From the NCBI RefSeq assembly GCF_006345805.1, contig NC_043012.1, forward strand, positions 48,298,001 to 48,362,000: DNA of 64,000 nucleotides, given 5' to 3'. The position numbers were made by a program, and so were the translations under genes. Below, piece after piece: positions 14,745 to 28,110 of this stretch (the first letter of the stretch is position 1; the number at the start of each line of letters is the position of its first letter). The DNA is from Octopus sinensis (lineage: Eukaryota). A model generated the notes under the pieces. It searched no databases. It saw only the letters and a list, made by a program, of their open reading frames with translations, and was not told the origin of the DNA.

Positions 14745-15310
14745 TCTCTTACTTGTTCTAGTCATTAGAGTGCGGCCATCTCAGAGAATTCTTAGCCGAA
14801 AACATCGATCCCAATACGTATTTTTTTAAACTCTGGTACTCTATCGGACTCGTTTGCCGAAGTTATCTTTCGGAGACCGAAGCACACCAACGACGTTTGT
14901 CAAGTGTCAAGCATAGACACAGAGACACAAACACATAAACAGACTCAATACCCACCACACATCTTTCTATCTACCTATCTATCTACATATATATATATGT
15001 GTGTGTGTGTGCGTGTGTTTGTGTGGGTGTATTTATATATATATATCGTAAAATATATTTGCCAACTAAATGTGGTAGTCCCATAGTGGGCGATGTTACT
15101 GTTGTTTTTAGACCTAGGAAGACGTCTCCACCAGCTGGCTAACAACAAACTTTCTGTCTCCGATTAATATTTGCGCGGGGAGGTCATCACTCCAATCTCT
15201 AGCCTTCTTTCGGCTTTGGTCGCCCCGAGGCTATCGTAAAGGACATTTTCCCCAGGTGCCACGCAGTGGGACTGAATCCAGTTAAGAATTAAGCTTCTTA
15301 CAAAACAGCT
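14745..15310 (-). mobile_element. Decayed SINE family A pieces (tail ~14745-14930, head ~15210-15310)
   Basis: Degenerate matches to family A (cttacttgtt..gtcatt...gcggcca; ggtgccacgcagtgggactgaa). Confidence 0.55.
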
Positions 15311-15759
15311 TCACCTGTACGTATGTATGTATGTATGTAAGTGTGGGAATGTGTGTCACTGGTTCTGCGATTGAATGGGCGTAAATGCAGGTGCACATAT
15401 GTGTGTGTTTGTGTAGTGTATATGGTGTGTGCATATGCATGTACACGCGCAGGGAGACATAAATATATAAATGTATCAATAGCATATATAATGAAGTGGG
15501 TGTGCTGAGAAATTCCGGCGTTGAGGGCACAATACCTGTGCGTGTATCAATAAACATTAAAAAAAACCATGCACAGGCACATACATTATATGTATATATA
15601 CAGTATATATAAAGGTGTGATTTGTATAGATCCCTAATCTTTTTTCAACCTATATGTGTATTATATATATACATATATATATATACATACATGCATACAA
15701 GCGTAGAAATATATATATATATATATACGTGTATATATATGTTTCTATCTATCTATCTC

Positions 15760-15791
<32 letters not shown>

Positions 15792-15829
15792 ATACATATA
15801 TATATATATAATATATATATATATTATAT

Positions 15830-15864
<35 letters not shown>

Positions 15865-15951
15865 CACTTAGGCATTGCGAGACTAAAATTTCGTGTAGAA
15901 CTAAATACATAGTTATGAAGTTCGTAAGATAATCATTTACTTCTTTGCCTG

Positions 15952-15989
<38 letters not shown>

Positions 15990-17606
15990 GAATGTTTGTT
16001 TGTATGTATGTATGTATGCATGTATGTATGTATGTATGTATGTATGTATGTATGTATGTATGTATGTATGTATGTATGCATGTATGTATGTATGTAAGTA
16101 TGTATGTATGCATGTTTTCGTGCTGAGTACATCCCGAGCTTCAGCCCATGCCAATATGACTAGAATATATGTGAATTGTATTAGCGAATTAAGGGCACTG
16201 GAGTTTATTGTTTTGAAAGCCTACGGCATCTTAGAACGTACTCTGCTGATTGACATGACGTCTGTCATAATGTTAACTGACGCACTTTCCACAGCGTGAT
16301 AGATGTTGGCCTACAAATTAATAGGCTTTGTCGCTAAACATACAACACAATGCTGTACTTCTTTGCACTTGATTACACGACCTATGAGATATGAACCCTG
16401 TAATCCATATTTTTACTTCAATTGTCATAAAATGCATTTGTCCAGCTACATAGACTATAATTCTCATGTTGATAGATCCCCAAAGTATATACAATCGCCG
16501 GGGAGATATACACAGCTAAAAGTAAGCCGTCATCGACATTTCCTGTTTTTGTTTTTGTTTTTGTTTTTTTTTTGTAGTCATCGTCGTTGTTATTTAGTTT
16601 CGGTTCTGTTCAGTTTGAACTCCCCTATGATTAGAGGCGATCCCAGTTTTAATTCGAAAATCAGAATAGGAAAAACATACTAATTTTTAGAATTTTTTAC
16701 TCTATTTTAATCTATAACAATAAATATACTAACGAAGAACTTTTTGCGGTCTCGGCAGCGAGAGAAAGGTATATGAATACACACATTCCACATTCTACTC
16801 GGAAAGTGCAAGTATCTGTCAAAATGTCGACGTCAGATTAAAATTTATCAATTATGATAAAGCATTGTAATCAGAATAAGTTGTCAGATATAGATCCCAT
16901 TTTCATCGGAAGGTTCAAAATTTACGGATGATTCCCCTAATAAGGGGACTCATTCATAAGTTATTATGCGAAATTACCGGAATTCTCTGGTGTAAACACT
17001 CTCGCGTTGGAGTTTCATAAAGTGAGTAATGAGAGAGATTGGTAATAAATATTTTGTGAACCAGATACGGAGACTTTTCAGTTTGGCAGTAAAATTATTT
17101 TTTCTTTTTGTCTATTTCCTTCCCTTGCGCTCTTGTTTATATATTTTTCAAATGTTTACTTTAAGCAATTATTACGCCATAGTATATTCAAATTCATACT
17201 TTTCCATGGATACACACATGTCTTTATTCGTATTTTAAAGCTTTCTGTTCAGTTTATCCTGAAATATTGACTCATTCAAAACTGTTCAAAAGAAGAAATT
17301 CGGGTAAGGTAGAAAGAATATAGAACGTAAATTAAAATTGTAGACTTCGAGTTTATTATTTTGGGGGTAAATATGCACCTTTCTACCTTTATTTTTCTGT
17401 GCCTTTTTCAATTTGCAGCATTAATATTTTTAGTAAGTGCAAACGAATTCACATTTTACTCAGTAACATTTTCTAACGCTTAGATGTAAACAATATTCTT
17501 AATTTTGAATTTTGATATTTTTCCCGCTTTGAAAATAACAAATATCAAACTTTCATGCGGTTTATCAATCTCTGCTTGAACAGATGGGCACCCATGCCTA
17601 CATTTT

Positions 17607-17607
<1 letters not shown>

Positions 17608-17649
<42 letters not shown>

Positions 17650-17658
17650 AATATATAT

Positions 17659-17690
<32 letters not shown>

Positions 17691-18048
17691 ATATATATAT
17701 ATATATATGTATATATATATGTATATATGTATATATATATATATACATGCATATAAATATATATATGTATACATAAAAATATATATATATGTATATAAAT
17801 ATATATATATGTATATAAATATATATATATATTTATACAATATATATAATATATATATATATATAATATATATATATGTGTATAAATATATATATATATT
17901 TATATACATATATATATATTTATATACATATATATATATTTTTATGTATACATCATATATATATTTATATGCATGTATATATATATATATACATATATAC
18001 ATATATATATACATATATATATGTATATATATACATATATATATATAC

Positions 18049-18091
<43 letters not shown>

Positions 18092-18112
18092 CACCTTTAT
18101 ATGTATATATCA
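17608..18112. repeat. ~500-bp (TA)n-derived low-complexity tract
   Basis: Directly visible. Confidence 0.95.
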
Positions 18113-18439
18113 TATGCATGTAATTGTTTGTGTGACTTTTGTCTTTGTATAGATAGAGAGATAGAGAGAGAGGGGGGAGAGAAATTGAGTGGTAGGCAAA
18201 ATATATACACATCCATCCATCCATCCATAAATACATACATAGGTACCTACAAATAAACATACTACTATGAGCTGGAAAGTGGATACGCTGACTATGAAGG
18301 AATGATACTGGAGCTTTAAAACCTTGCATGCATTCATTTCAACTCTTATTAATAACTGCATTATTTCTTTCCAGATAAACTGACATCTGACTGTTCAAAG
18401 GTAAGCAGTAACTATCTCTCTTGAAAATAGTTATTAGCA

Positions 18440-19211
18440 TATTCCGTGAGAAAGTTGATAATATTCTGCGCAATGAACTTGGCATAAAAAGGATTTCTCT
18501 TCTGTGGGTGCCACATCATCTGATCAAAAGCGCACCAAGCTTATCGTATCGCAAGAAAATTTGACAGTTTTAGGCATATCTTACTGTTTTCTTTGAACGT
18601 TTCCTAACCCAAGGTGGGTGTTAGCTTAACCACTTTGACCCAGAGACAAAGGGAGTTGTAGTGGAAACATTTCACCATACCTATTCCAAAGAGGGTAAAG
18701 TCATAGAATGTGATGGGCTCAATTTTGGGGGATGCAAAAGGCATTATGCTGGTTGACTATCTTCAGAAGAACTGCGCCACCAATGGAGAATATTCATGCC
18801 AAATTGCTGAGGCAGTTACGAAAGGCTTTCAAATGCCCTGGCAAACTGACAAAAGGGGTTATGTTTCATCAGGACAATGCTCCAGCGTACAAGTTTCAAT
18901 TGCTGCTGTGAGTGACTATGACTTTGAATTGGTTGATCTTCCTCTTTATTCTCCTAATATGTTCCCATCTCATTATCATCTGTCCTCCAACAGGAAAAAC
19001 ACATACCCCAAAATCGCTGTAATGATAACGCCATATCTGCCGTTGATGACTTTTTTGACCAGGATAAATGCTTCTTCGCCAAAGGAATCCTTACCACTGG
19101 GTCCCAAGCGCTGTGTGGACCACAAGGGCGAATTTGTTGCTAGATAAACGCCATTTGGTCGCATTTAATGACAGTATTCTGGTTATTCTATAAACGTTTC
19201 AGCCGACTGTC
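18440..19211 (+). mobile_element. Decayed mariner transposase
   Basis: Frameshifted fragments read WVPHHL (WVPHEL motif), GSILGDAKGIMLVDYLQK, FHQDNAP and LYSPNMFPSHYHL (YSPDLAPSDYHL motif). Confidence 0.85.
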
Positions 19212-20429
19212 AGCATTGGTGATGTTAGATCGACCCACCACGGAATCTTAGAATAGTCATTTTGCAATTCAGCAAGTGTCACAGCCGGTATGCCTTCAAG
19301 AGCATTTTCACCCGAGTGAACATCATGTGCCAAGCGATGCATTTAGCGAATTTTTTTATTGTAAATCATACAAATCACGTGAAGTTTCTTCTCTTGGTGA
19401 ATTCGGGCCACGTTTTCCATGTATCTTACAAGTCTGTATTCAGGATTACATTAAATTCGATGTCATTGCATTCCTTGAACATTATGAACGGAGTTCTAAT
19501 TAGTACTATCTATATCCGTTCTTTGAAGGGTTCATTAATTCCTAAAGGAAAATTTACTTTACAAAGCAGTTAATAAAATTCATTCAGGTTTCGAAAGCTG
19601 ATTCTCTCAGAAGTGTTGCATTTTAGCAATTCATATAAATTTGCTAGGAACTATTCCATTATAGAATCTAGAATTATTATTTCTCACACACATTTTATTA
19701 GTTTTGCAAAAACATGCCTTTTACAAATTACTTTATTAATTTCCATTATTACACTAAATGAATTAATTTTCTAATCAGAAACATTTCTAATGCTTGAAGG
19801 TATATTATATTCTTAGTTTTAAATTCTCTTTTTCTCTTTCTTTTTATGCTTAGGAAGTAGCAGAAAAAGTCACGCGGATTATGACCTTCTCTTGCACAGA
19901 TGTGCCCCCATTCAAACTTTCAGTTATTTGGTGCATTATTGTGGCCTACAACTAGGAATTTGCATGCAAATATTCTTGTGCATGTATGTACCAGTACACG
20001 TGAATGGATTATATATAGATATAATCGTGTGTGTGCATATATACATATATGCGCCATGTGTACAAACACATAAATACATACATGCATAGAAAGAATGAAA
20101 GAAAGGAAAAAGAAAGAAATAAAGAAAAAAAAGAAAGAAAGAAAGAAAGCAGGAAAGATAGATAGATATTATATATAGATAGAGATGCATACATACATGC
20201 ATACATAAAAACTGCTTTTTGTTGTAGAAGTATGTGTGTATATGTGTAAGCATGAATTTACCAGTCAAAAGGTTTTTCGATTTTCACTGATGATATCTGA
20301 CCACGTGTTATGTCATAAATTCGATGCCACTTCCTGTCCAATCATTGCTGAATCATTCTTTATTTTCATATTTAACATAATATATGCTTTAACAGTTTAT
20401 TTTATATTTTACAGATTTGATAATGAGTG

Positions 20430-20995
20430 GTGAAAAAATGAAATTAGAGCCATTTTACGCTACCTGCGGAATAAAGGACTGAATGCAAGGGCAGTGGCAG
20501 AAGAAAATAATGTGTGGCGTAAACATGCTTCAAAGGTGTCAAGGTAGGTAACACCACCTTTGAAGACAAACCAAGGTCAGAAGGATCTTCTACTGGGGGA
20601 GATGAGGCCTTACTTGAAATAGCTGAACAGCCCAAGCACAACTAAAGTTACATTGTCTGTAAATTCTGGACCTTCACTAAACACCATCAATGGACACTTT
20701 CATAACCTCGGCATTGTGAACAGAAGTTGTCGAGATGCTCCTCATAAACTAATCAATGACCAGGCTCAACAAGATGAGAATATTTGCAAACAGCTGTTGG
20801 CAAATCCTCGAGATGCCTGTTTTTTGCTTAGAATTGTCACTAGGGATAAAAAATATATATATTTTCGTAATTCCAATAACAGAAATCAGTGATTTCGTTC
20901 TGTCCAGACTTCAGATCTGCTCTCTAACAAGGACAGTTTGTCCAGAAGCTCAAATTATGTGGTTGGAAGAATTTCGAGTGGGTGTTGCACCTTAA
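20430..20995 (+). mobile_element. Decayed mariner transposase, N-terminal half
   Basis: FEDKPRS (HTH-linker motif), APHKL and RIVTRDKKYIYFRN (RIVTGDEKWIY motif) in and around ORF 20653-20892. Confidence 0.8.
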
Positions 20996-21022
20996 TCTTG
21001 ACTTAGATTGTCATACTTGTCG

Positions 21023-21062
21023 TGCGCTGATGACGGGTCAATACCCAGAAACTGCAGTCCTT
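21023..21062 (+). ncRNA. Degenerate type I hammerhead ribozyme motif
   Basis: CTGATGA (21027-33), stem II GGGT-caat-ACCC, GAAA (21048-51), palindromic stem III ACTGCAGT, GUC site. Stem I pairs poorly. Confidence 0.6.
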
Positions 21063-21378
21063 GCGTATCACTTACGTTGACGAAGAAAGGATGACCTCCC
21101 TTTGCAAATACCGATAGGGCACACTCTCTAATATGTTGTCAGTTCATGATTACATTGCATATTCTCTGATTTTTTTGGAGCTGTTGCTAACTTTTATAGT
21201 GTGTCTATCAAATAATTTGTTATATTTATGCTCTGTTGAGCAATATTTGCTGATTATTCTTAGGAATTATTCCTACATTTGTTGTTATGAGTACGCTAAA
21301 GTATGGGCTAAATCAGATAATGTTCCATTTTCTATTTATCTTTTTTGTTTTCTTTTTCAATACTTTTTTTTTATTTAA

Positions 21379-21545
21379 AGCGGCGAGCAAAATACTTCGC
21401 AGTATTTCGCCCGTCTTTACGTTGTGAGTTCAAATTCCGTCGAGGCTGTCTTTGCCTTTCATCTTTTTGAGTTCGATAAAATGAATACCAGTTGTGAGTC
21501 AGTTTGACAGACTTAGACCACTCCTCATGAAAGTTCTGGCTTGGT
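21379..21545 (+). mobile_element. SINE family B, diverged
   Basis: gagttcaaattccg.cgagg...tttgcctttcatc motif. Confidence 0.7.
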
Positions 21546-22730
21546 TATTGATTTTTCTGTGATGTTTTCTATAAGCATTTGATGACTGACTTTTAATCCA
21601 ATGGCTTTCGGAATTTGCTGAATAATTATATGTGTGGGCGCGTAAGTGTGTGTGTATGTGTGTGTGTGCGTGTGTTGCATCTATATATAAACTGTATTAT
21701 CGTCGATTCGCTGTTTGGTTTTATCAATACTTTTGTTTTATCGTGTTAGGTATCTGGGAACCCTCCTCTGCGGGATTTATCATTTTAGGGTGTCAGTTTC
21801 CATTTCAGGGAATTGCATTTTTCCATCATGACCAGACATACTCTATGTATCCGGTCACTATAGAAGTTTGAGTTGGTGAATGACTATGCAGTAAGTATGC
21901 TGTTGAGAATATTAAGCCATAGCATTTGTTAGAAAATGTCCCCCTGGTACGGGTGACTACAGCACTTGATCTGTAACGTGTTTGACCCATCTAATCTGCG
22001 TTAATGTATGTACGTGAAATGAAGAATATTAGGGAAATAAATATTGAGACAAAATAAGTTTTCTGGAAGATTCCACCTGAGTGGGATCCCTGTAGTGACC
22101 GGGAGCTCTAAAGTGGTACTACTCATCTTTGATCACCCTTGTTCCGGTATTTGTCTATACAACATTTAGACACCGATACAAGCAAATGCACCTTCTTATT
22201 GAGGTCTCTTCTTGGTATGATTCCTGTAATATGGATCATATATGCTGGATCTCAGGGAATCTTTTCGTTGATGTCCTTCAAGAAGGACACTAACCAAAAG
22301 ATTAACTACAAAAGATTCAGGCCGTGACCGCATTGGATGGATTAACCATTAGCAAAGGATATCTGTGTGTTTATGCATATGAGCGGGGTGTGTATGATTT
22401 GTATGAATATATGTATTTATATTTATGTACATGTGCTTATGTATGAGTATACGTGCTTATGTGAGTGTTTTGTGAGTGTGGGTGTGTGGTACGGATGTGT
22501 GCGTGTGTGTTAATAATGAGACTTCCACATATGGTTGTACATGCATGTGTTTGAACGGATGAATTGCATACTGAGAAGGTGGTTATATTTTACAAACGTT
22601 GTCCTTTGCTTTTTTTGCAGTTGTCTCGCCTTCATTATTTCTCGTTCTTTTATACTTGTTATTCTTTCAGTTGTGTCTAATAATCGATACGAAGAAACAG
22701 GTTCTATCCTTCTATACGAACACACACTCA

Positions 22731-22786
<56 letters not shown>

Positions 22787-23606
22787 CTTGCACCTACATG
22801 TATAATTATATAAATATATTTATACATATATAAATATAGCCATAGATGTATTTATATATGTGTGTGTAAATGTGTGCTTGTGTATATATATATGTGCATG
22901 TTACACACACACAAACCGACATATATATATATATATATACATTTATGTATGATTACTTATACTCATACACACACACATATATATATACATTTATTTACAC
23001 ACATTCATATAAATATCCAGATGCCTATGTGTGTGATAGTGTGAGTGTGTGTGCGTGTGTGTGTGTATGTGTGTGTGTGTATGTGTGTATGTGCGTGTGT
23101 GTGTTCATGTGTGCGTGCGTGCGCGTGTAGCCCTATAGTCCTGTCAGACACTGTACAAAGGACAGAGCAGTACTGAGAATATCGTGAATACAGTGCAGAG
23201 AACACAAGGCTCACGCAAAAGTAGAGACACAACAACAACAACAACAACAACAACAAAAACAACAAAAGCAAAAACAATGACAACATCGCATCATCAACAA
23301 CAACAACAATAACAATATCAACAACAACTGTGTTATCTAATTGGGTTAAACCCATTCAAGCAGATGTTCTCTCCAATGCTTTAGGGCTCACAGCAACGAG
23401 AATATCTTGGTCTCAATTGGATTATTACACAACTAGAAGCGAACAAAATGTGGCAAAGGAAAAAGCAGCGAATTATTCCTAATACAATGTTAAAAGCAGA
23501 TGGAGACAAGGAAACATTGGCGCAGACATGTGTATATATTCATGTATATGTATTTATGTTTGTGTGAACAGAAAGAGAGTGCAAGAGAGAGAGAGAGAGA
23601 GAGAGT

Positions 23607-23637
<31 letters not shown>

Positions 23638-23708
23638 GCATGTATGTGTAAATTTTATACAGACATACTATTATAGTCATATATATATATATAAGTGTGT
23701 GTGTGTGT

Positions 23709-23794
<86 letters not shown>

Positions 23795-23988
23795 TGTTGC
23801 TGTCTTTATGAAACCGTGTTATATGAATGATGTCGCTCATGAATACAACACAGAGATATACATGTATTTCATGCATGTTTAATTGCGTGTATATATAATA
23901 TATATTTGCGTGAATGTGTATGTGTGTGTGCGTGCGTACGTGTGAGTCTGAGTATATATATATATATATAGGGGGGAGCGGGTATGGA

Positions 23989-24066
<78 letters not shown>

Positions 24067-24144
24067 TATTATATATGTGTAAGTATATACAGAGAGATGA
24101 ATAAGAAGAGAAAACCGAGAAAGAGGGAGGAGGATAGAAAGAGG

Positions 24145-24176
<32 letters not shown>

Positions 24177-24818
24177 GCAAATTCCTATTGTTTCTCATTC
24201 TGTCTTCTCTTTATTTCTCTCTTTGCAGTCTCAGTACTCAGACACTAAAGTTAATGTATGTGTACGCGTATGTACGTATGCTTATGTATAAAAGTTGTAT
24301 ATGCATATATGCTCATGTATTCTTGTCTGTATGCTTGTCCGTATGCTTACGCATGTGCGTGCACAGCTCTATCTACGCATAAGCGTCCTACCGCTCATGT
24401 CAGTTGATGCAGCTGTTTGAATGTGTGCATGTTTGGTCTCCGAAATTTCACATGCACGGACATTTTTCCCACACATTGACCCCTTAATAAGGGTCTTTGC
24501 CGCATGGAATTACTGATCCTTAAGCTAAGGGCCACTTGCGGTATAGATAATTCCGTTATATAACGCTTATGTTCTACAAAAGCTTAGAACACAAACACTT
24601 TAGTCTGCAGCCGCTTCTGTTTCTTAGTAGCCCTATCTCATACGATACATTTAACTTTGACAAATGTTCGCTTGACAGGCATTTGCGTCATTTATAATAA
24701 AATTGCATTATATCTGGTTCTTGGACAGCAATGGAGTTGGTGGTAATAATGGTGCCTCTTACCAATGAGTGGTTGTCCCCTACATTAAGCCACCTTTAAT
24801 TAATTTATTCACGTCTTC

Positions 24819-24869
<51 letters not shown>

Positions 24870-24924
24870 TGTGTGTGCGTGTGCGCGCGTGCGTATATAT
24901 ATATATATATACACATATATATAT

Positions 24925-24955
<31 letters not shown>

Positions 24956-24962
24956 CATCATT

Positions 24963-25007
<45 letters not shown>

Positions 25008-25666
25008 GAGTGAGAGAGCAGTTCATGCCATCAAAGTGACACTGGGGTAAAATATACGAAGCCCAATATACCCATCATGACTACCCGTCTGATAAAGGTA
25101 CACCAGGCACATGCATCACAACCATATGTGCGCGACATGGTGATCTCATATCAAGATAAATAGCACATGACCTTGCAGGTGGGGCCCAGTTAGAATTTTC
25201 TTCAGGTTGAGTAGCCCATCCCGCTCAAAAGGTCCCTGAATAAGGGTTGTTTAAGGATGTTGAAAGAACCACCCATGTTTCCAGAGGTGAATTATTCAAG
25301 CCCCAAAAGAATCCCTCTCAACACATGGCTACGATGCTCCCCCACTACTTCTGCTCGTGATCAGAGATGCACATATCGCCAGCCACTAAGGGACACGCTC
25401 AACTGGTTCAGGTCAAACAACTGACAAGCAAATCTGTGGTATTGAGCAGAATATTTGCTGTAGCCCATCTTTTATACCAAGACAAAACAATGTACATGAT
25501 AACACTTCCAATCAGTTAAGATCAGAAGCCATGAGAGCCACTGCCTAGCCATGAGAGCCACTGCCTAGCCATGAGAGCCACTGCCTAGCCATGAGAGCCA
25601 CTGCCTAGCCATGAGAGCCACTGCCTAGCCATGAGAGCCACTGCCTAGCCATGAGAGCCACTGCCT
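25008..25666 (-). mobile_element. Family D non-coding retroposon in (TAA)n, near full length
   Basis: Highly similar to 27161-27613, 53153-53624 and 60942-61229. All share one end (ctgctctctcactc followed by AAT repeats on the element strand). Confidence 0.85.
25528..25666. repeat. Seven tandem copies of the 20-mer GCCATGAGAGCCACTGCCTA
   Basis: Six perfect units plus one 19-nt unit, with no spacers. Confidence 0.95.
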
Positions 25667-25717
25667 TTATTATTATTATTATTATCATTATTATTATTAT
25701 CATTATTATTATTATTC

Positions 25718-26430
25718 AGTAGTATATTTTTTATATCGTGCTTTCACTTCACTACCGAGCGCAGCTCTGTGTGCCTTGGGTATGAGCTGTGATTTGTTGT
25801 GATGCTCTGATGGTTACTGTATTGAAAGTGTTCTGCGTAGGATGTGTGCAATGCCTAGTAGTGCAATTTTCTTTATGTTATATGTGTTTGTAAGTCCTGG
25901 TGTTTTTGTTATGTATTTGTCTGAATATTTTTTAGCATGCCTAATGCACCTACTATGATAGGAATTGTTTCTGTTTTTAGATTCCACATACTAGTTACCT
26001 CTATTTCCAGGTCTTTGTATTTTGAAAGTTTCTCCATTTCTTTTAGAGACACGTTGTCATCTGCTGGTATTGATACATCAATTAGAAAGTATTTTGTTTC
26101 TTCTCTGACAACAATATCTGGTCTGTTGGCCTTAATTTCTCTATCTGTGTGTAGCGGCATATCCCAGAGTATGGTTGCTTTCTCGTTTTCTGTGACCTTT
26201 TCTGGTGTGTGCCTATACCATCTTTTTTCTGTTGTTATTCCATAATGTTGGCATAGCTTCCAGTGTATGTAGGTACCAACTCTGTCATGTCTGTGAATAT
26301 ATTCCTTCTTAGTTAGGACTGGGCAGCCAGAGATAATATGATTTATTGTTTCTTGTCCATCTCCACATATTCTGCAGTTACTTGTTATATTTCTTTTCAT
26401 TACATGTTTTTGGTAATTCCTGGTGGGAAT
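25718..26430 (-). mobile_element. 5'-truncated R4/Dong-type non-LTR retrotransposon (zinc knuckle, restriction-like endonuclease, 3' UTR)
   Basis: ORF 25909-26400 has the CCHC knuckle CRICGDGQETINHIISGC, RHD, and RPD...D...KY endonuclease motifs; (TAA)n on both sides. Confidence 0.92.
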
Positions 26431-26443
26431 ATTATTATTATTA

Positions 26444-26479
<36 letters not shown>

Positions 26480-26568
26480 CGTTATTATTATCATTATTTT
26501 CGTTATTATTATTATTATTATCATTATTATTATTATTATTATTATAATTATCATTATTATTATTATTA

Positions 26569-26617
<49 letters not shown>

Positions 26618-26619
26618 GG

Positions 26620-26835
26620 AAGCGGTGAGCTGGCAGAATCGTTAGCACACTGGGCGAAATGCTTGGCGGTATTTCGTCTGTTTTCATGTTCTTAGTTCAA
26701 ATGCCGCCGGAGTCGACATTGCCTTTCATCCTTTCGCGGTCGATAAATTAAGTACCAGTTACGCACTAGGTTCGATGTAATCGACTTAATCTCTTACACA
26801 AATCCGAGGCCTTGTACTTCCAGTAGAAAAGATTA
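26620..26835 (+). mobile_element. SINE family B
   Basis: Head gagctggcagaatcgttagc, body gtcgac.ttgcctttcatcctttcg, tail gaggccttgt.c.tccagtagaaa.g. Confidence 0.85.
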
Positions 26836-26862
26836 TTATATTATTATCATTATTATTATTTA

Positions 26863-27056
26863 AAGCGGCGAGCAGGCACAATCGATACCACGCCTGATGA
26901 AAAGCTTCGCTATATTTCGCCCGTCGCTACGTCCTGAGTTCAAATTCCGCCGAGGTCGACTATCGGGCTCGATAAATTAAGTACCAGTGAAACATTGGGT
27001 CGATATAATCGACTAGTCCCCACAAATTTGAGGCCTTGTGCCTCCAGTAGAAAGGC

Positions 27057-27057
<1 letters not shown>
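26863..27057 (+). mobile_element. SINE family B with a small internal deletion
   Basis: Same motifs and tail as 26620-26835. Confidence 0.8.
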
Positions 27058-27145
<88 letters not shown>

Positions 27146-27160
27146 ATTATTATTATTATT

Positions 27161-27610
27161 GAGTGAGAGAGCAGTTCATGCCATCAAAGTGACACTGGGG
27201 TAAAATATACGAAGCCCAATATACCCATCATGACTACCCGTCTGATAAAGGTACACCAGGCACATGCATCACAACCATATGTGCGCGACATGGTGATCTC
27301 ATATCAAGATAAACAGCACATGACCTTGCAGGTGGGGCCCAGTTAGAATTTTCTTCAGGTTGAGTAGCCCATCCCGCTCAAAAGGTCCCTGAATAAGGGT
27401 TGCTTTAGGATGTTGAACAAAACACCTATGTTTCCAGAGGTGAATTATTCAAACTCCAAAGAATCCCTCTCAACACATGGCCATGATGCTCCCCCACTAC
27501 TTCTGCTCGTGATCAGAGATGCACGTATTGTCAGCCACTAAGGGACATGCTCAACTGGTTAAGGTCAAACAACTGACAAGCAAATCTGTGGTATTGAGCA
27601 GAATATTTGC

Positions 27611-27613
<3 letters not shown>
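27161..27613 (-). mobile_element. Family D retroposon, 5'-truncated
   Basis: Near-identical to 25008-25460; (TTA)n on both sides. Confidence 0.88.
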
Positions 27614-27675
<62 letters not shown>

Positions 27676-27676
<1 letters not shown>

Positions 27677-27782
27677 GTGGCGATTTTTGTATTCGTTTGG
27701 TTTCAGCACAGGATATTTCAAGATGAGATTGTCTATCGGTTCGTAAAATGTGTCGCAGAATCTGCATGTAGGATCAGAACTG

Positions 27783-27783
<1 letters not shown>
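27676..27783 (-). mobile_element. R4/Dong-type LINE fragment (zinc knuckle only)
   Basis: Translates to DPTCRFCDTFYEPIDNLILKYPVLKPNEYKNRH; sits between two (TTA)n tracts. Confidence 0.75.
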
Positions 27784-27839
<56 letters not shown>

Positions 27840-28110
27840 GTATAAAAACTCAGAACTAGTAGACTAAGGTGACACTTGTTAACTGGTGATATTTCAAGAA
27901 TCCTGCAAAGAATTCTTGCAGTTCCAAGCCATGCTGATTTTTCAAGCTGTTCTACCTTTACACTTGCACCGATATTTTTCGGCCATGTTGGTAGTTGAGT
28001 GACGATACTTCCAAGTGCACTAATTAGTAGTGGGATCACCTCTACTCTCTTCATTGACCACAACCTTCGTATTTACATCAAAATCAACATAGTTGGGGTT
28101 TTTTCCCCTT
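27840..28110 (-). mobile_element. R4/Dong-type LINE 3' end, second family
   Basis: MWSMKRVEVIPLLISALG...LEKSAWLGTARILCRIL, the typical C-terminus of this clade, followed by (TAA)n. Confidence 0.8.

Noticed and set aside
19225-19320. Minus-strand peptide VTLAELQNDYSKIPW, reminiscent of M13 peptidases
   Set aside because: Very short, upstream stop in frame, weak splice sites, and no other exons found.
25528-25666. CRISPR-like array
   Set aside because: Head-to-tail repeats with no spacers, no cas genes, and a eukaryotic context.
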